A DNA stretch of 64,000 nucleotides from the NCBI RefSeq assembly GCF_009931435.1, contig NZ_CP043414.1, one strand, 5' to 3'. Positions 12,564-23,207 of this stretch are shown here, piece after piece; positions within the stretch are counted from its first letter, which is position 1; the number at the start of each line of letters is the position of its first letter. The position numbers and the translations under genes were made by a program. Source of the stretch: Escherichia coli (GTDB taxonomy: Bacteria > Pseudomonadota > Gammaproteobacteria > Enterobacterales > Enterobacteriaceae). The notes under the pieces are model-generated. The model was given only the letters and a program-made list of their open reading frames with translations, was not told the DNA's origin and did no database searches.

Positions 12564-14042
12564 ATGAGCTTACGTGAAAAAACCATCAGCGGCGCGAAGT
12601 GGTCGGCGATTGCCACGGTGATCATCATCGGCCTCGGGCTGGTGCAGATGACCGTGCTGGCGCGGATTATCGACAACCACCAGTTCGGTTTGCTTACCGT
12701 GTCGCTGGTGATCATCGCGCTGGCAGATACGCTTTCTGACTTCGGTATCGCTAACTCGATTATTCAGCGAAAAGAAATCAGCCACCTTGAACTCACCACG
12801 CTGTACTGGCTAAACGTTGGGCTGGGGCTTGTGGTGTGCGTGGCGGTGTTTTTGTTGAGTGATGCCATTGGTGACGTGCTGAATAACCCGGACCTGGCAC
12901 CGTTGATTAAAACATTGTCGCTGGCGTTTGTGGTGATCCCCCACGGGCAGCAGTTCCGCGCGTTGATGCAAAAGGAACTGGAGTTCAACAAAATCGGCAT
13001 GATCGAAACCAGCGCGGTGCTGGCGGGCTTCACTTTTACGGTGGTTAGCGCCCATTTCTGGCCGCTGGCGATGACCGCGATCCTCGGTTATCTGGTCAAT
13101 AGTGCGGTAAGAACGCTGCTGTTTGGCTACTTTGGCCGCAAAATTTATTGCCCCGGTCTGCACTTCTCGCTGGCGTCTGTGGCACCGAACTTACGTTTTG
13201 GTGCCTGGCTGACGGCGGACAGCATCATCAACTATCTCAACACCAACCTTTCAACGCTGGTGCTGGCGCGTATTCTCGGCGCGGGCGTAGCAGGGGGATA
13301 CAACCTGGCGTACAACGTGGCCGTTGTGCCGCCGATGAAGCTGAACCCCATCATCACCCGCGTGTTGTTTCCGGCGTTTGCCAAAATTCAGGACGACACC
13401 GAAAAGCTGCGCATCAACTTCTACAAGCTGCTGTCGGTGGTGGGGATTATCAACTTTCCGGCGCTGCTCGGGCTGATGGTGGTGTCGAATAACTTTGTAC
13501 CGCTGGTCTTTGGTGAGAAGTGGAACAGCATTATTCCGGTGCTGCAATTGCTGTGTATTGTGGGTCTGCTGCGCTCAGTGGGTAACCCGATTGGTTCGCT
13601 GCTGATGGCGAAAGCGCGGGTCGATATCAGCTTTAAATTCAACGTATTCAAAACATTTCTGTTTATTCCGGCGATTGTTATTGGTGGGCAGATGGCGGGC
13701 GCGATCGGCGTCACGCTCGGTTTCCTGCTGGTGCAGATTATCAACACCATTCTGAGTTATTTCGTGATGATTAAACCGGTACTCGGTTCCAGTTATCGCC
13801 AGTACATCCTGAGTTTATGGCTGCCGTTTTATCTCTCGCTGCCGACGCTGGTGGTCAGTTATGCGCTGGGCATTGTGCTGAAAGGGCAACTGGCGCTGGG
13901 GATGCTGCTGGCGGTGCAAATAGCCGCAGGCGTGCTGGCGTTTGTGGTGATGATTGTGCTATCGCGCCATCCGCTGGTGGTGGAAGTGAAGCGTCAGTTT
14001 TGTCGCAGCGAAAAAATGAAAATGCTTTTACGGGCGGGGTGA
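12564..14042 (+). CDS. wzxC: colanic acid repeat-unit flippase
   Basis: 492-aa polytopic membrane ORF at the conserved position. Confidence 0.9.
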   Translation: MSLREKTISGAKWSAIATVIIIGLGLVQMTVLARIIDNHQFGLLTVSLVIIALADTLSDFGIANSIIQRKEISHLELTTLYWLNVGLGLVVCVAVFLLSDAIGDVLNNPDLAPLIKTLSLAFVVIPHGQQFRALMQKELEFNKIGMIETSAVLAGFTFTVVSAHFWPLAMTAILGYLVNSAVRTLLFGYFGRKIYCPGLHFSLASVAPNLRFGAWLTADSIINYLNTNLSTLVLARILGAGVAGGYNLAYNVAVVPPMKLNPIITRVLFPAFAKIQDDTEKLRINFYKLLSVVGIINFPALLGLMVVSNNFVPLVFGEKWNSIIPVLQLLCIVGLLRSVGNPIGSLLMAKARVDISFKFNVFKTFLFIPAIVIGGQMAGAIGVTLGFLLVQIINTILSYFVMIKPVLGSSYRQYILSLWLPFYLSLPTLVVSYALGIVLKGQLALGMLLAVQIAAGVLAFVVMIVLSRHPLVVEVKRQFCRSEKMKMLLRAG

Positions 14043-14113
14043 ATGGTTGTTTTAGGCTTCGGCAATAAAAACAACAAAATAACCTCACCTGGCACCAAAT
14101 TTATGAGGAAAAA

Positions 14114-15394
14114 ATGAGATTACTTATTCTGGGCAACCACACTTGCGGCAATCGTGGCGACAGCGCCATCTTACGCGGCTTACTTGATGCCATCAACATC
14201 CTCAATCCACATGCCGAAGTGGACGTGATGAGCCGCTATCCGGTCAGTTCTTCCTGGCTGCTCAACCGCCCGGTAATGGGCGATCCGCTGTTCCTGCAAA
14301 TGAAACAACACAACAGCGCGGCGGGCGTTGTCGGGCGCGTTAAAAAAGTCCTCCGTCGCCGCTACCAGCATCAGGTATTGCTCTCACGCGTCACCGACAC
14401 TGGCAAGCTGCGCAATATCGCCATCGCCCAGGGATTCACCGACTTCGTGCGCCTGCTGTCAGGTTACGATGCCATTATCCAGGTCGGCGGATCGTTTTTT
14501 GTCGATCTCTACGGCGTGCCGCAGTTTGAACATGCGCTTTGCACGTTTATGGCGAAAAAGCCGCTGTTTATGATTGGTCACAGCGTCGGTCCCTTCCAGG
14601 ATGAGCAATTTAACCAACTGGCGAACTACGTTTTTGGTCACTGCGACGCGCTGATCCTGCGCGAATCGGTCAGCCTTGATTTGATGAAACGCAGCAATAT
14701 CACTACCGCAAAAGTTGAACATGGCGTTGATACTGCCTGGCTGGTCGATCACCACACCGAAGACTTCACCGCCAGCTATGCCGTTCAACACTGGCTGGAC
14801 GTTGCCGCACAACAGAAAACGGTGGCAATTACCTTGCGCGAACTGGCACCGTTCGACAAACGTCTCGGCACCACTCAACATGCGTATGAAAAAGCCTTTG
14901 CCGGGGTGGTCAATCGCATTCTCGATGAAGGCTATCAGGTGATTGCGCTCTCCACCTGTACGGGCATCGACAGCTATAACAAAGACGACCGCATGGTGGC
15001 GCTCAATCTTCGCCAGCACATCAGCGATCCTGCCCGTTACCATGTGGTGATGGATGAACTCAACGATCTGGAAATGGGCAAAATTCTCGGAGCCTGTGAA
15101 CTCACCGTCGGTACGCGCCTGCACTCTGCCATTATCTCGATGAATTTTGCCACTCCGGCAATTGCCATCAACTACGAACATAAATCCGCCGGGATTATGC
15201 AGCAGCTGGGACTACCGGAGATGGCAATTGATATCCGTCATTTACTGGACGGCAGCCTGCAAGCGATGGTTGCGGATACCTTAGGCCAGCTTCCGGCGCT
15301 GAATGCGCGACTTAGTGAAGCCGTCAGTCGTGAGCGTCAGACAGGAATGCAGATGGTGCAGTCTGTGCTTGAGTGCATCGGGGAGGTGAAATGA
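14114..15394 (+). CDS. wcaK: colanic acid pyruvyl transferase WcaK
   Basis: 426-aa ORF at the conserved position. Confidence 0.9.
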   Translation: MRLLILGNHTCGNRGDSAILRGLLDAINILNPHAEVDVMSRYPVSSSWLLNRPVMGDPLFLQMKQHNSAAGVVGRVKKVLRRRYQHQVLLSRVTDTGKLRNIAIAQGFTDFVRLLSGYDAIIQVGGSFFVDLYGVPQFEHALCTFMAKKPLFMIGHSVGPFQDEQFNQLANYVFGHCDALILRESVSLDLMKRSNITTAKVEHGVDTAWLVDHHTEDFTASYAVQHWLDVAAQQKTVAITLRELAPFDKRLGTTQHAYEKAFAGVVNRILDEGYQVIALSTCTGIDSYNKDDRMVALNLRQHISDPARYHVVMDELNDLEMGKILGACELTVGTRLHSAIISMNFATPAIAINYEHKSAGIMQQLGLPEMAIDIRHLLDGSLQAMVADTLGQLPALNARLSEAVSRERQTGMQMVQSVLECIGEVK

Positions 15395-16611
15395 AGGTCG
15401 GCTTCTTTTTACTGAAATTCCCGCTGTCGTCAGAAACCTTCGTCCTTAACCAAATTACCGCGTTTATTGATATGGGATTTGAGGTAGAGATTCTCGCGCT
15501 GCAAAAAGGCGACACACAAAACACCCACGCGGCATGGACGAAATACAACCTTGCCGCCAGAACCCACTGGTTACTGGACGAACCTACGGGCAAAATAGCG
15601 AAACTGCGCCACCGCGCCAGCCAGACGTTACGCGGCATTTATCGTAAAAATACCTGGCAGGCGCTCAACCTCAAACGCTATGGTGCCGAGTCGCGGAACC
15701 TGATTTTGTCTGCCATTTGCGGCCAGGTCGCAACACCGCTTCATGCCGATGTGTTCATCGCTCATTTTGGCCCGGCGGGGGTAACCGCAGCAAAACTACG
15801 GGAACTGGGTGTCATTCGCGGCAAAATTGCCACCATTTTCCACGGCATTGATATTTCCAGTCGGGAAGTGCTCAACCATTACACTCCCGAATATCAACAA
15901 CTGTTTCGCCGTGGCGACCTGATGTTACCGATAAGCGATTTGTGGGCCGGAAGGCTGCAAAAAATGGGCTGCCCGAGGGAAAAAATCGCCGTATCGCGTA
16001 TGGGCGTGGACATGACGCGCTTTAGCCCGCGTCCGGTGAAAGCGCCCGCAACGCCGCTGGAAATCATTTCCGTCGCACGCTTAACCGAGAAAAAAGGCCT
16101 GCATGTGGCGATTGAAGCCTGCCGTCAGTTGAAAGAGCAGGGCGTGGCATTTCGCTATCGCATCCTCGGCATTGGCCCGTGGGAACGACGCCTGCGCACG
16201 CTCATCGAACAATATCAACTCGAAGATGTGGTGGAGATGCCGGGCTTTAAACCGAGCCACGAAGTGAAAGCGATGCTCGACGACGCGGATGTCTTCCTGT
16301 TGCCATCGGTAACGGGCGCGGATGGCGATATGGAAGGCATTCCGGTGGCACTAATGGAAGCGATGGCGGTCGGCATTCCGGTGGTTTCTACTCTGCATAG
16401 CGGAATACCGGAATTGGTGGAGGCCGATAAATCCGGCTGGCTGGTGCCTGAGAACGATGCTCGCGCACTGGCGCAACGCCTGGCGGCATTTAGCCAACTG
16501 GACACTGACGAACTGGCTCCGGTAATCAAACGTGCTCGCGAAAAAGTCGAACACGATTTTAACCAGCAGGTGATTAATCGAGAACTCGCCAGCTTGCTGC
16601 AAGCTTTATAG
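15391..16611 (+). CDS. wcaL: colanic acid glycosyltransferase WcaL (GT4)
   Basis: ORF 15373..16611; internal start [10 protein letters not shown] at 15391 overlaps the wcaK stop; GT4-like C-terminal segment ([19 protein letters not shown]). Confidence 0.9.
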   Translation: MKVGFFLLKFPLSSETFVLNQITAFIDMGFEVEILALQKGDTQNTHAAWTKYNLAARTHWLLDEPTGKIAKLRHRASQTLRGIYRKNTWQALNLKRYGAESRNLILSAICGQVATPLHADVFIAHFGPAGVTAAKLRELGVIRGKIATIFHGIDISSREVLNHYTPEYQQLFRRGDLMLPISDLWAGRLQKMGCPREKIAVSRMGVDMTRFSPRPVKAPATPLEIISVARLTEKKGLHVAIEACRQLKEQGVAFRYRILGIGPWERRLRTLIEQYQLEDVVEMPGFKPSHEVKAMLDDADVFLLPSVTGADGDMEGIPVALMEAMAVGIPVVSTLHSGIPELVEADKSGWLVPENDARALAQRLAAFSQLDTDELAPVIKRAREKVEHDFNQQVINRELASLLQAL

Positions 16612-16621
16612 AGGAGAACGC

Positions 16622-18016
16622 ATGCCATTTAAAAAAATCTCCCGACGCACCTTCCTGACGGCAAGCTCGGCGCTTGCCTTCCTCCATACCCCTTTCGCCC
16701 GCGCGCTTCCCGCCCGACAAAGCGTTAACATTAACGACTACACCCCTCACGACTGGATCGCCTCATTTAAACAAGCCTTCAGCGAAGGGCAAACGGTCGT
16801 CGTGCCTGCTGGATTCGTTTGTGACAATATCAACACCGGCATCTTCATTCCTCCTGGCAAAACGTTACACATCCTTGGAAGCCTGCGCGGCAACGGCAGA
16901 GGGCGATTTGTCTTACAGGACAGCAGCCAGGTGACAGGGGAGGAGGGTGGCAGTATGCATAACATCACCCTGGATGTGCGTGGCTCTGACTGCACCATCA
17001 AAGGGCTGACGATGAGCGGCTTTGGTCCGGTAACGCAGATTTATATCGGCGGCAAAAACAAACGAGTAATGCGTAACCTCTCCATCGATAACCTGACCGT
17101 TAGCCACGCTAATTACGCCATCTTACGCCAGGGATTTCATAACCAGATTATCGGTGCCAACATCACCAACTGTAAATTTAGTGATTTACAGGGCGACGCC
17201 ATTGAATGGAACGTGGCGATTAACGACCGTGATATTTTGATATCTGACCATGTCATCGAGCGCATCAACTGTACCAACGGCAAAATCAACTGGGGTATCG
17301 GCATAGGCCTTGCGGGAAGTACCTACGATAATAACTACCCGGAAGACCAGGCAGTGAAAAACTTTGTCGTGGCGAATATCACGGGATCGGATTGTCGGCA
17401 GTTGATCCATGTTGAAAATGGTAAACATTTTGTTATTCGTAATATCAAAGCCCGCAATATCACGCCGGATTTCAGCAAGAAAGCAGGCATTGATAACGCG
17501 ACAGTTGCTATTTACGGTTGTGACAATTTCGTGATTGATAATATTGAAATGATTAATAGCGCTGGGATGTTAATCGGCTATGGGGTAATTAAAGGCAAAT
17601 ATCTCTCAATACCGCAAAATTTCCGAGTGAATAATATTCAAATGGATAACACCCATCTTGCTTATAAATTGCGCGGTATCCAAATCTCTGCCGGGAATGC
17701 TGTCTCCTTTGTGGCGCTGACTAACATTGAGATGAAGCGTGCGTCGCTGGAGTTACACAACAAACCGCAACATCTTTTTATGCGAAATATCAAGGTGATG
17801 CAGGAATCCTCAGTTGGACCCGCATTGAGCATGAACTTCGACATGCGCAAAGACGTTCGCGGCGTCTTTATGGCGAAAAAAGAAACACTGCTGTCACTTG
17901 CAAATGTTCATGCGGTGAATGAAAAAGGGCAAAGCTCCGTCGATATCGACAGAGTTAATCACCACATTGTTAATGTGGAAAAGATTAACTTTAGATTGCC
18001 AGAACGGAGGGAGTAG
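16622..18016 (+). CDS. wcaM: colanic acid biosynthesis protein WcaM (secreted, predicted beta-helix)
   Basis: 464-aa ORF; Tat-like signal ([14 protein letters not shown]); last gene of the wca operon. Confidence 0.85.
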   Translation: MPFKKISRRTFLTASSALAFLHTPFARALPARQSVNINDYTPHDWIASFKQAFSEGQTVVVPAGFVCDNINTGIFIPPGKTLHILGSLRGNGRGRFVLQDSSQVTGEEGGSMHNITLDVRGSDCTIKGLTMSGFGPVTQIYIGGKNKRVMRNLSIDNLTVSHANYAILRQGFHNQIIGANITNCKFSDLQGDAIEWNVAINDRDILISDHVIERINCTNGKINWGIGIGLAGSTYDNNYPEDQAVKNFVVANITGSDCRQLIHVENGKHFVIRNIKARNITPDFSKKAGIDNATVAIYGCDNFVIDNIEMINSAGMLIGYGVIKGKYLSIPQNFRVNNIQMDNTHLAYKLRGIQISAGNAVSFVALTNIEMKRASLELHNKPQHLFMRNIKVMQESSVGPALSMNFDMRKDVRGVFMAKKETLLSLANVHAVNEKGQSSVDIDRVNHHIVNVEKINFRLPERRE

Positions 18017-18173
18017 ATTTGCGACCATTCATAAACTTACTGGATATAATGTTCTAAAAGATTATAATCCTCACACTAACTGTTAAAGCTGGGGCTGGGC
18101 AGCATTGACTACTCAGGGAAGGTACTCATCTTTATCTTGTGTTTCTTACGTAACAACCAGACTAAAGTGATTT

Positions 18174-19169
18174 ATGAACGATAACGTTTTGCTCATAGGA
18201 GCTTCCGGATTCGTAGGAACCCGACTACTTGAAACGGCAATTGCTGACTTTAATATCAAGAACCTGGACAAACAGCAGAGCCACTTTTATCCAGAAATCA
18301 CACAGATTGGCGATGTTCGTGATCAACAGGCACTCGACCAGGCGTTAGCCGGTTTTGACACTGTTGTACTACTGGCAGCGGAACACCGCGATGACGTCAG
18401 CCCTACTTCTCTCTATTATGATGTCAACGTTCAGGGTACCCGCAATGTGCTGGCGGCCATGGAAAAAAATGGCGTTAAAAATATCATCTTTACCAGTTCC
18501 GTTGCTGTTTATGGTTTGAACAAACACAACCCTGACGAAAACCATCCACACGATCCTTTCAACCACTACGGCAAAAGTAAGTGGCAGGCAGAGGAAGTGC
18601 TGCGTGAATGGTATAACAAAGCACCAACAGAACGTTCATTAACTATCATCCGTCCTACCGTTATCTTCGGTGAACGCAACCGCGGTAACGTCTATAACTT
18701 GCTGAAACAGATCGCTGGCGGCAAGTTTATGATGGTGGGCGCAGGGACTAACTATAAGTCCATGGCTTATGTTGGAAACATTGTTGAGTTTATCAAGTAC
18801 AAACTGAAGAATGTTGCCGCAGGTTATGAGGTTTATAACTACGTTGATAAGCCAGACCTGAACATGAACCAGTTGGTTGCTGAAGTTGAACAAAGCCTGA
18901 ACAAAAAGATCCCTTCTATGCACTTGCCTTACCCACTAGGAATGCTGGGTGGATATTGCTTTGATATCCTGAGCAAAATTACGGGCAAAAAATACGCTGT
19001 CAGCTCAGTGCGCGTGAAAAAATTCTGCGCAACAACACAGTTTGACGCAACGAAAGTGCATTCTTCAGGTTTTGTGGCACCGTATACGCTGTCGCAAGGT
19101 CTGGATCGAACACTGCAGTATGAATTCGTTCATGCCAAAAAAGACGACATAACGTTTGTTTCTGAGTAA
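18174..19169 (+). CDS. gne: NAD-dependent sugar epimerase, Gne/Gnu-like (UDP-GlcNAc/GalNAc or GlcNAc-PP-Und 4-epimerase family)
   Basis: 331-aa ORF; Rossmann motif LLIGASGFVGTRL; located between wcaM and galF, where Gne/Gnu (Z3206-type) genes occur in some E. coli serogroups. Confidence 0.7.
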   Translation: MNDNVLLIGASGFVGTRLLETAIADFNIKNLDKQQSHFYPEITQIGDVRDQQALDQALAGFDTVVLLAAEHRDDVSPTSLYYDVNVQGTRNVLAAMEKNGVKNIIFTSSVAVYGLNKHNPDENHPHDPFNHYGKSKWQAEEVLREWYNKAPTERSLTIIRPTVIFGERNRGNVYNLLKQIAGGKFMMVGAGTNYKSMAYVGNIVEFIKYKLKNVAAGYEVYNYVDKPDLNMNQLVAEVEQSLNKKIPSMHLPYPLGMLGGYCFDILSKITGKKYAVSSVRVKKFCATTQFDATKVHSSGFVAPYTLSQGLDRTLQYEFVHAKKDDITFVSE

Positions 19170-19411
19170 TGCAGACGAGTCAGAGAAATAAGGACCAGGT
19201 TGGACTACGATTATTCGGAAAGAGGTACTGATTAAATTATCAGTATGCGGAATTCCGAGTAATCCGAGTAACCCAGATGCTGATGGTGTGTAGTGTTATT
19301 CTAAGGTTTAAGCAAAGTTATGCGGAACTAAGCTTTGGTATATAGCCATAACGTTTGGCTAACCTATGGCAATAATTTACGCACTATCAGCCACTTAGAG
19401 GTAGGAAAAGA

Positions 19412-20305
19412 ATGACGAATTTAAAAGCAGTTATACCGGTAGCAGGTCTTGGGATGCATATGTTGCCTGCCACTAAGGCGATTCCCAAAGAGATGCTACC
19501 GATCGTCGACAAGCCAATGATTCAGTACATTGTTGACGAGATTGTGGCTGCAGGGATCAAAGAAATCCTCCTGGTAACTCACGCGTCCAAGAACGCAGTC
19601 GAAAACCACTTCGACACCTCTTATGAATTAGAATCTCTCCTTGAACAGCGCGTGAAGCGTCAACTGCTGGCGGAAGTACAGTCTATCTGTCCGCCGGGCG
19701 TGACCATTATGAACGTGCGTCAGGGCGAACCTTTAGGTTTAGGCCACTCCATTTTGTGTGCACGACCCGCCATTGGTGACAACCCATTTGTCGTGGTATT
19801 GCCGGACGTTGTGATCGACGACGCCAGTGCCGACCCGCTGCGCTACAACCTTGCTGCCATGATTGCACGTTTCAACGAAACGGGCCGCAGCCAGGTGCTG
19901 GCAAAACGTATGCCGGGTGACCTCTCTGAATACTCCGTCATTCAGACTAAAGAGCCGCTGGATCGTGAAGGTAAAGTCAGCCGTATTGTTGAATTCATAG
20001 AAAAGCCGGATCAGCCGCAGACGCTGGACTCAGACATCATGGCCGTTGGTCGATATGTGCTTTCTGCCGATATTTGGCCGGAACTTGAACGCACTCAGCC
20101 TGGTGCATGGGGGCGTATTCAGCTGACTGATGCCATTGCCGAACTGGCGAAAAAACAGTCCGTTGATGCCATGCTGATGACTGGTGACAGCTATGACTGC
20201 GGTAAAAAAATGGGTTATATGCAGGCGTTTGTGAAGTATGGACTGCGCAACCTCAAAGAAGGGGCGAAGTTCCGCAAAGGCATTGAGAAACTGTTAAGCG
20301 AATAA
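19412..20305 (+). CDS. galF: UTP-glucose-1-phosphate uridylyltransferase paralogue GalF
   Basis: 297-aa ORF; N-terminus [30 protein letters not shown] typical of GalF/GalU. Confidence 0.9.
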   Translation: MTNLKAVIPVAGLGMHMLPATKAIPKEMLPIVDKPMIQYIVDEIVAAGIKEILLVTHASKNAVENHFDTSYELESLLEQRVKRQLLAEVQSICPPGVTIMNVRQGEPLGLGHSILCARPAIGDNPFVVVLPDVVIDDASADPLRYNLAAMIARFNETGRSQVLAKRMPGDLSEYSVIQTKEPLDREGKVSRIVEFIEKPDQPQTLDSDIMAVGRYVLSADIWPELERTQPGAWGRIQLTDAIAELAKKQSVDAMLMTGDSYDCGKKMGYMQAFVKYGLRNLKEGAKFRKGIEKLLSE

Positions 20306-20565
20306 TGAAAATCTGACCGAATGTGACGGTTGGCAAGGAAACTATAACAGCAGTGAAGATTCGTGGCGAAAGTAATTTGTTGCGAATATTCCTGCCGTTA
20401 TTTTGTATAAACAATCAGAATAACAAATAGTTAGCAATAGGCTTTTCGTCAAAGTTTTCCTGGATTTTCCTTGTTTCCAGAACGGATTGGTAAGACAATT
20501 AGCGTTTGAGTTTCGAGGGAGATGCAGCAATGTCTCTCAGTAACAGTACGCAATATCAATGAGTT

Positions 20566-20604
20566 CAGTGCACTGGTAGCTGTTAAGCCAGGGGCGGTAG
20601 CGTG
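20566..20604 (+). promoter_or_regulatory. 39-bp JUMPstart element containing the ops site (RfaH-dependent antitermination signal)
   Basis: cagtgcactggtagctgttaagccaggggcggtagcgtg; ops core ggcggtagcgtg at 20593-20604. Confidence 0.8.
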
Positions 20605-20614
20605 GATTGATGGA

Positions 20615-21436
20615 ATGAAAAATAAGTGCCCACGAATTGCAGTAATAATGTCGGTTTATATTAATGATAAATTTAATGAGTTTAAAGAGGCTTTTGACAG
20701 TATTATTAATCAAACATACTCTAACTTTGTTTTCTTTATTTATGCCGATGGCAAGATAAATCCAGATATTGAAAGTTTTTTGCAAAATTATAATTCGCAA
20801 CATGTGATTTTCATTAGAAGTGAAAAAAATAAGGGATTAGCTTATGCTTTGAATAAATTAATATCAGTGGCGCTAGTTAATAATGAATTTGATTTTATTG
20901 CCAGAATGGATGCTGATGATATAAGTTTAGAAGATAGATTTCAACGACAAATAGATTTTTTTATGGCTAACCCTGAGTTAGATGTTGTTGGTGGGTTGTG
21001 TCAAGAGTTTGGTGGTGAGTCAGCAAGAGAAAAATGCAAGATCTATTTTACAGATGAAGCCATTAAAAACAATGCCTTTAAAAAATGTCCTTTCGTTCAT
21101 CCAACCGTGATGTTTAAATCGTCTGTATTTAATAACGGGATGCGATACCCTGAAAATCAGCCACTGACAGAAGATATGTGCTTATGGCTCGAGTTAATAT
21201 CCGCGAATAAAAAGTTTGCAAATATTGACTCCGTTCTTCTAAAGTACAGAATTAATGAGCAGACGCTAAAAAGAAGAAGAGGTTTGAATAAGGCTGTAAC
21301 CGAATTATCCACAAGATTGTATTACGCCAAGAAACTTAAAATGCTTAGCGTACGGAATTTGTTATATATATTAATCCATTTTGGTGTCAGAGTCCTTCCT
21401 TCAAATATATTTAAACTTGTACATAAGTTAAATTAA
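20615..21436 (+). CDS. O-antigen glycosyltransferase, GT2 family
   Basis: ORF 20522..21436, with the likely start (MKNKCPRIAVIMSVYIND) at 20615 just after ops; DADD motif (ARMDADDISLEDRF); AT-rich. Confidence 0.7.
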   Translation: MKNKCPRIAVIMSVYINDKFNEFKEAFDSIINQTYSNFVFFIYADGKINPDIESFLQNYNSQHVIFIRSEKNKGLAYALNKLISVALVNNEFDFIARMDADDISLEDRFQRQIDFFMANPELDVVGGLCQEFGGESAREKCKIYFTDEAIKNNAFKKCPFVHPTVMFKSSVFNNGMRYPENQPLTEDMCLWLELISANKKFANIDSVLLKYRINEQTLKRRRGLNKAVTELSTRLYYAKKLKMLSVRNLLYILIHFGVRVLPSNIFKLVHKLN

Positions 21437-21437
21437 A

Positions 21438-23204
21438 ATGAATAAAACTGTTTATACATATGATGTATGGGATACTATTTTAAAACGTCATTGTTTACCA
21501 TCATATACGTTAGAGGTTTCGTTGTACTGGCTACTTTTGTATCTTGGAAAACCTGAGAAACATAAGGATGTGTATAAAAAAGTAAAAGCACTGGAGAGTG
21601 ATTTTTTTAATCGAAAAGAAGAATATTTTATTGAAGAGCTTATTGTTGGGATATTAATTGAAAATAATTTAATGAATGGATTTTGCAATAACTCTGTGAC
21701 TGCTGCTTGGGAACAAATATATTATTTCGTAGAGAGAAATTGTACATATAAAAATAAAGAGGTTATAGAGTTAATTGGGAGTGACTATGGGGACAAATTA
21801 TTTATTTCTGATTTTTATACTGACTCCAGTTTCATAAAGAAATTGCTACACCACCACCAAGTATCGGTTTTAGATGGTGTGACGTCAGCTGAGTATGGCG
21901 TCAGTAAGCATATGGGTTCATTGTATGAAAAAATAGAACTATTGAAGCAAAGGAAATGGATCCATACTGGAGATAATGAATTAGCTGATATAAAAATGGC
22001 AAAGCGTGCAGGTGCCCAAGTTAGACTTATAAAATCCAAAAAGAAGAAAATAAATAAGTTAAAAATAAAAAATGACTATGAGCGGTTAGCATTTATTATT
22101 TTGTCCTTTAGCCTGTTTATATTAAAAACTTCCAGAAAGAAAAAGTGCAATAAGATCTACTTTTTTACAAGGGAGGGGGTTTTTTTCAAAAAAAACTTTG
22201 ATCTTCTACTAAACCAAATACCTAACATATTCCCATCTATAACTACGGAAATATTGCCAATCAGTCGAGTAGCCAGCTTAGCATTGAAGTTTAATGAGTC
22301 TGATGAATTTTTAGGATTTAATGATGCATTAACCCAGTATGGCTATGGAGTGTCTACGTTTCTTAGTTTCTTTCATCTTGATGATTGTTACTCCGAGCTC
22401 ACAACAAAGTATCATGATGTAAATGATTTATTATCTCACAGAAATGATCCTTTGGTAAAACAACTAATAAAAAGTATAGAGGATAAAAAAAAACGAACAG
22501 AAAATTTTCTTACATCCATTGAGTTCGATTCTGAGCCAAGTATCATCGTGGATATTGGTTGGCGGGGTAGCATCCAAGATAATTTAATGTCGCGGAAAAA
22601 TAATTATATTCAACATGGATGTTATCTCGGATTGTTTGATTTTTACCCAGGCCAGTCAGGTCAGAATAAATCATCTGTAATTTTTGATAACAACAGATTT
22701 AGACAAAAATGGACCATGAAAGGTGTAGCTTTTATGGAGACGGTTTTCAATGCTTTGGACGGAAGTGTTGTCGATTATGTAAACAATAAACCGAAAAGAA
22801 AAGAAAATTACGCTGAGATAGAAAATTCAAAACATTTAATAGTTATGCAAGATGCTATCATTGAGGAATTTATGAATCTATCTATTATGTTAAAAGAGGG
22901 AAAGTTAAATATCAATGATATTGAAAGATTAGCTATTGAAAGTTACAAAAAAATAGTAACTAACCCATCTAAAGAAATAGCTGATTTTTATGTTGGCAGT
23001 ATCCAAAATGAAAGCTTCGGTTTGAATGATTTTATCGACAAAGAATTTAACATTAGCGCAGTAGATGTTTTCCGAAGTTTTTTTTCTAAAAGTAAAAGAA
23101 ATGAAATAAGAATAAAATTGCATAGAAATGGATGGCGTGAGTCGATACTTAAATCCTCTAAAGTATCGCTGAGCGCAAAATTATGTTCACTTTTAATTAG
23201 ATAA
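21438..23204 (+). CDS. hypothetical 588-aa O-antigen cluster protein; HAD-like N-terminal region plus uncharacterised C-terminal domain
   Basis: Long AT-rich ORF; N-terminus YDVWDTIL and IHTGDNELADIKMAKRAGAQ loosely resemble HAD motifs I and III/IV; hydrophobic segment near residue 215; no family recognised for residues 230-588. Confidence 0.55.
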   Translation: MNKTVYTYDVWDTILKRHCLPSYTLEVSLYWLLLYLGKPEKHKDVYKKVKALESDFFNRKEEYFIEELIVGILIENNLMNGFCNNSVTAAWEQIYYFVERNCTYKNKEVIELIGSDYGDKLFISDFYTDSSFIKKLLHHHQVSVLDGVTSAEYGVSKHMGSLYEKIELLKQRKWIHTGDNELADIKMAKRAGAQVRLIKSKKKKINKLKIKNDYERLAFIILSFSLFILKTSRKKKCNKIYFFTREGVFFKKNFDLLLNQIPNIFPSITTEILPISRVASLALKFNESDEFLGFNDALTQYGYGVSTFLSFFHLDDCYSELTTKYHDVNDLLSHRNDPLVKQLIKSIEDKKKRTENFLTSIEFDSEPSIIVDIGWRGSIQDNLMSRKNNYIQHGCYLGLFDFYPGQSGQNKSSVIFDNNRFRQKWTMKGVAFMETVFNALDGSVVDYVNNKPKRKENYAEIENSKHLIVMQDAIIEEFMNLSIMLKEGKLNINDIERLAIESYKKIVTNPSKEIADFYVGSIQNESFGLNDFIDKEFNISAVDVFRSFFSKSKRNEIRIKLHRNGWRESILKSSKVSLSAKLCSLLIR

Positions 23205-23207
23205 AAT

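Noticed and set aside
20522-20614. Upstream extension of the first O-antigen GT2 ORF (start at 20522)
   Set aside because: The extension would translate through the JUMPstart/ops element; the GT2-like N-terminus begins at 20615
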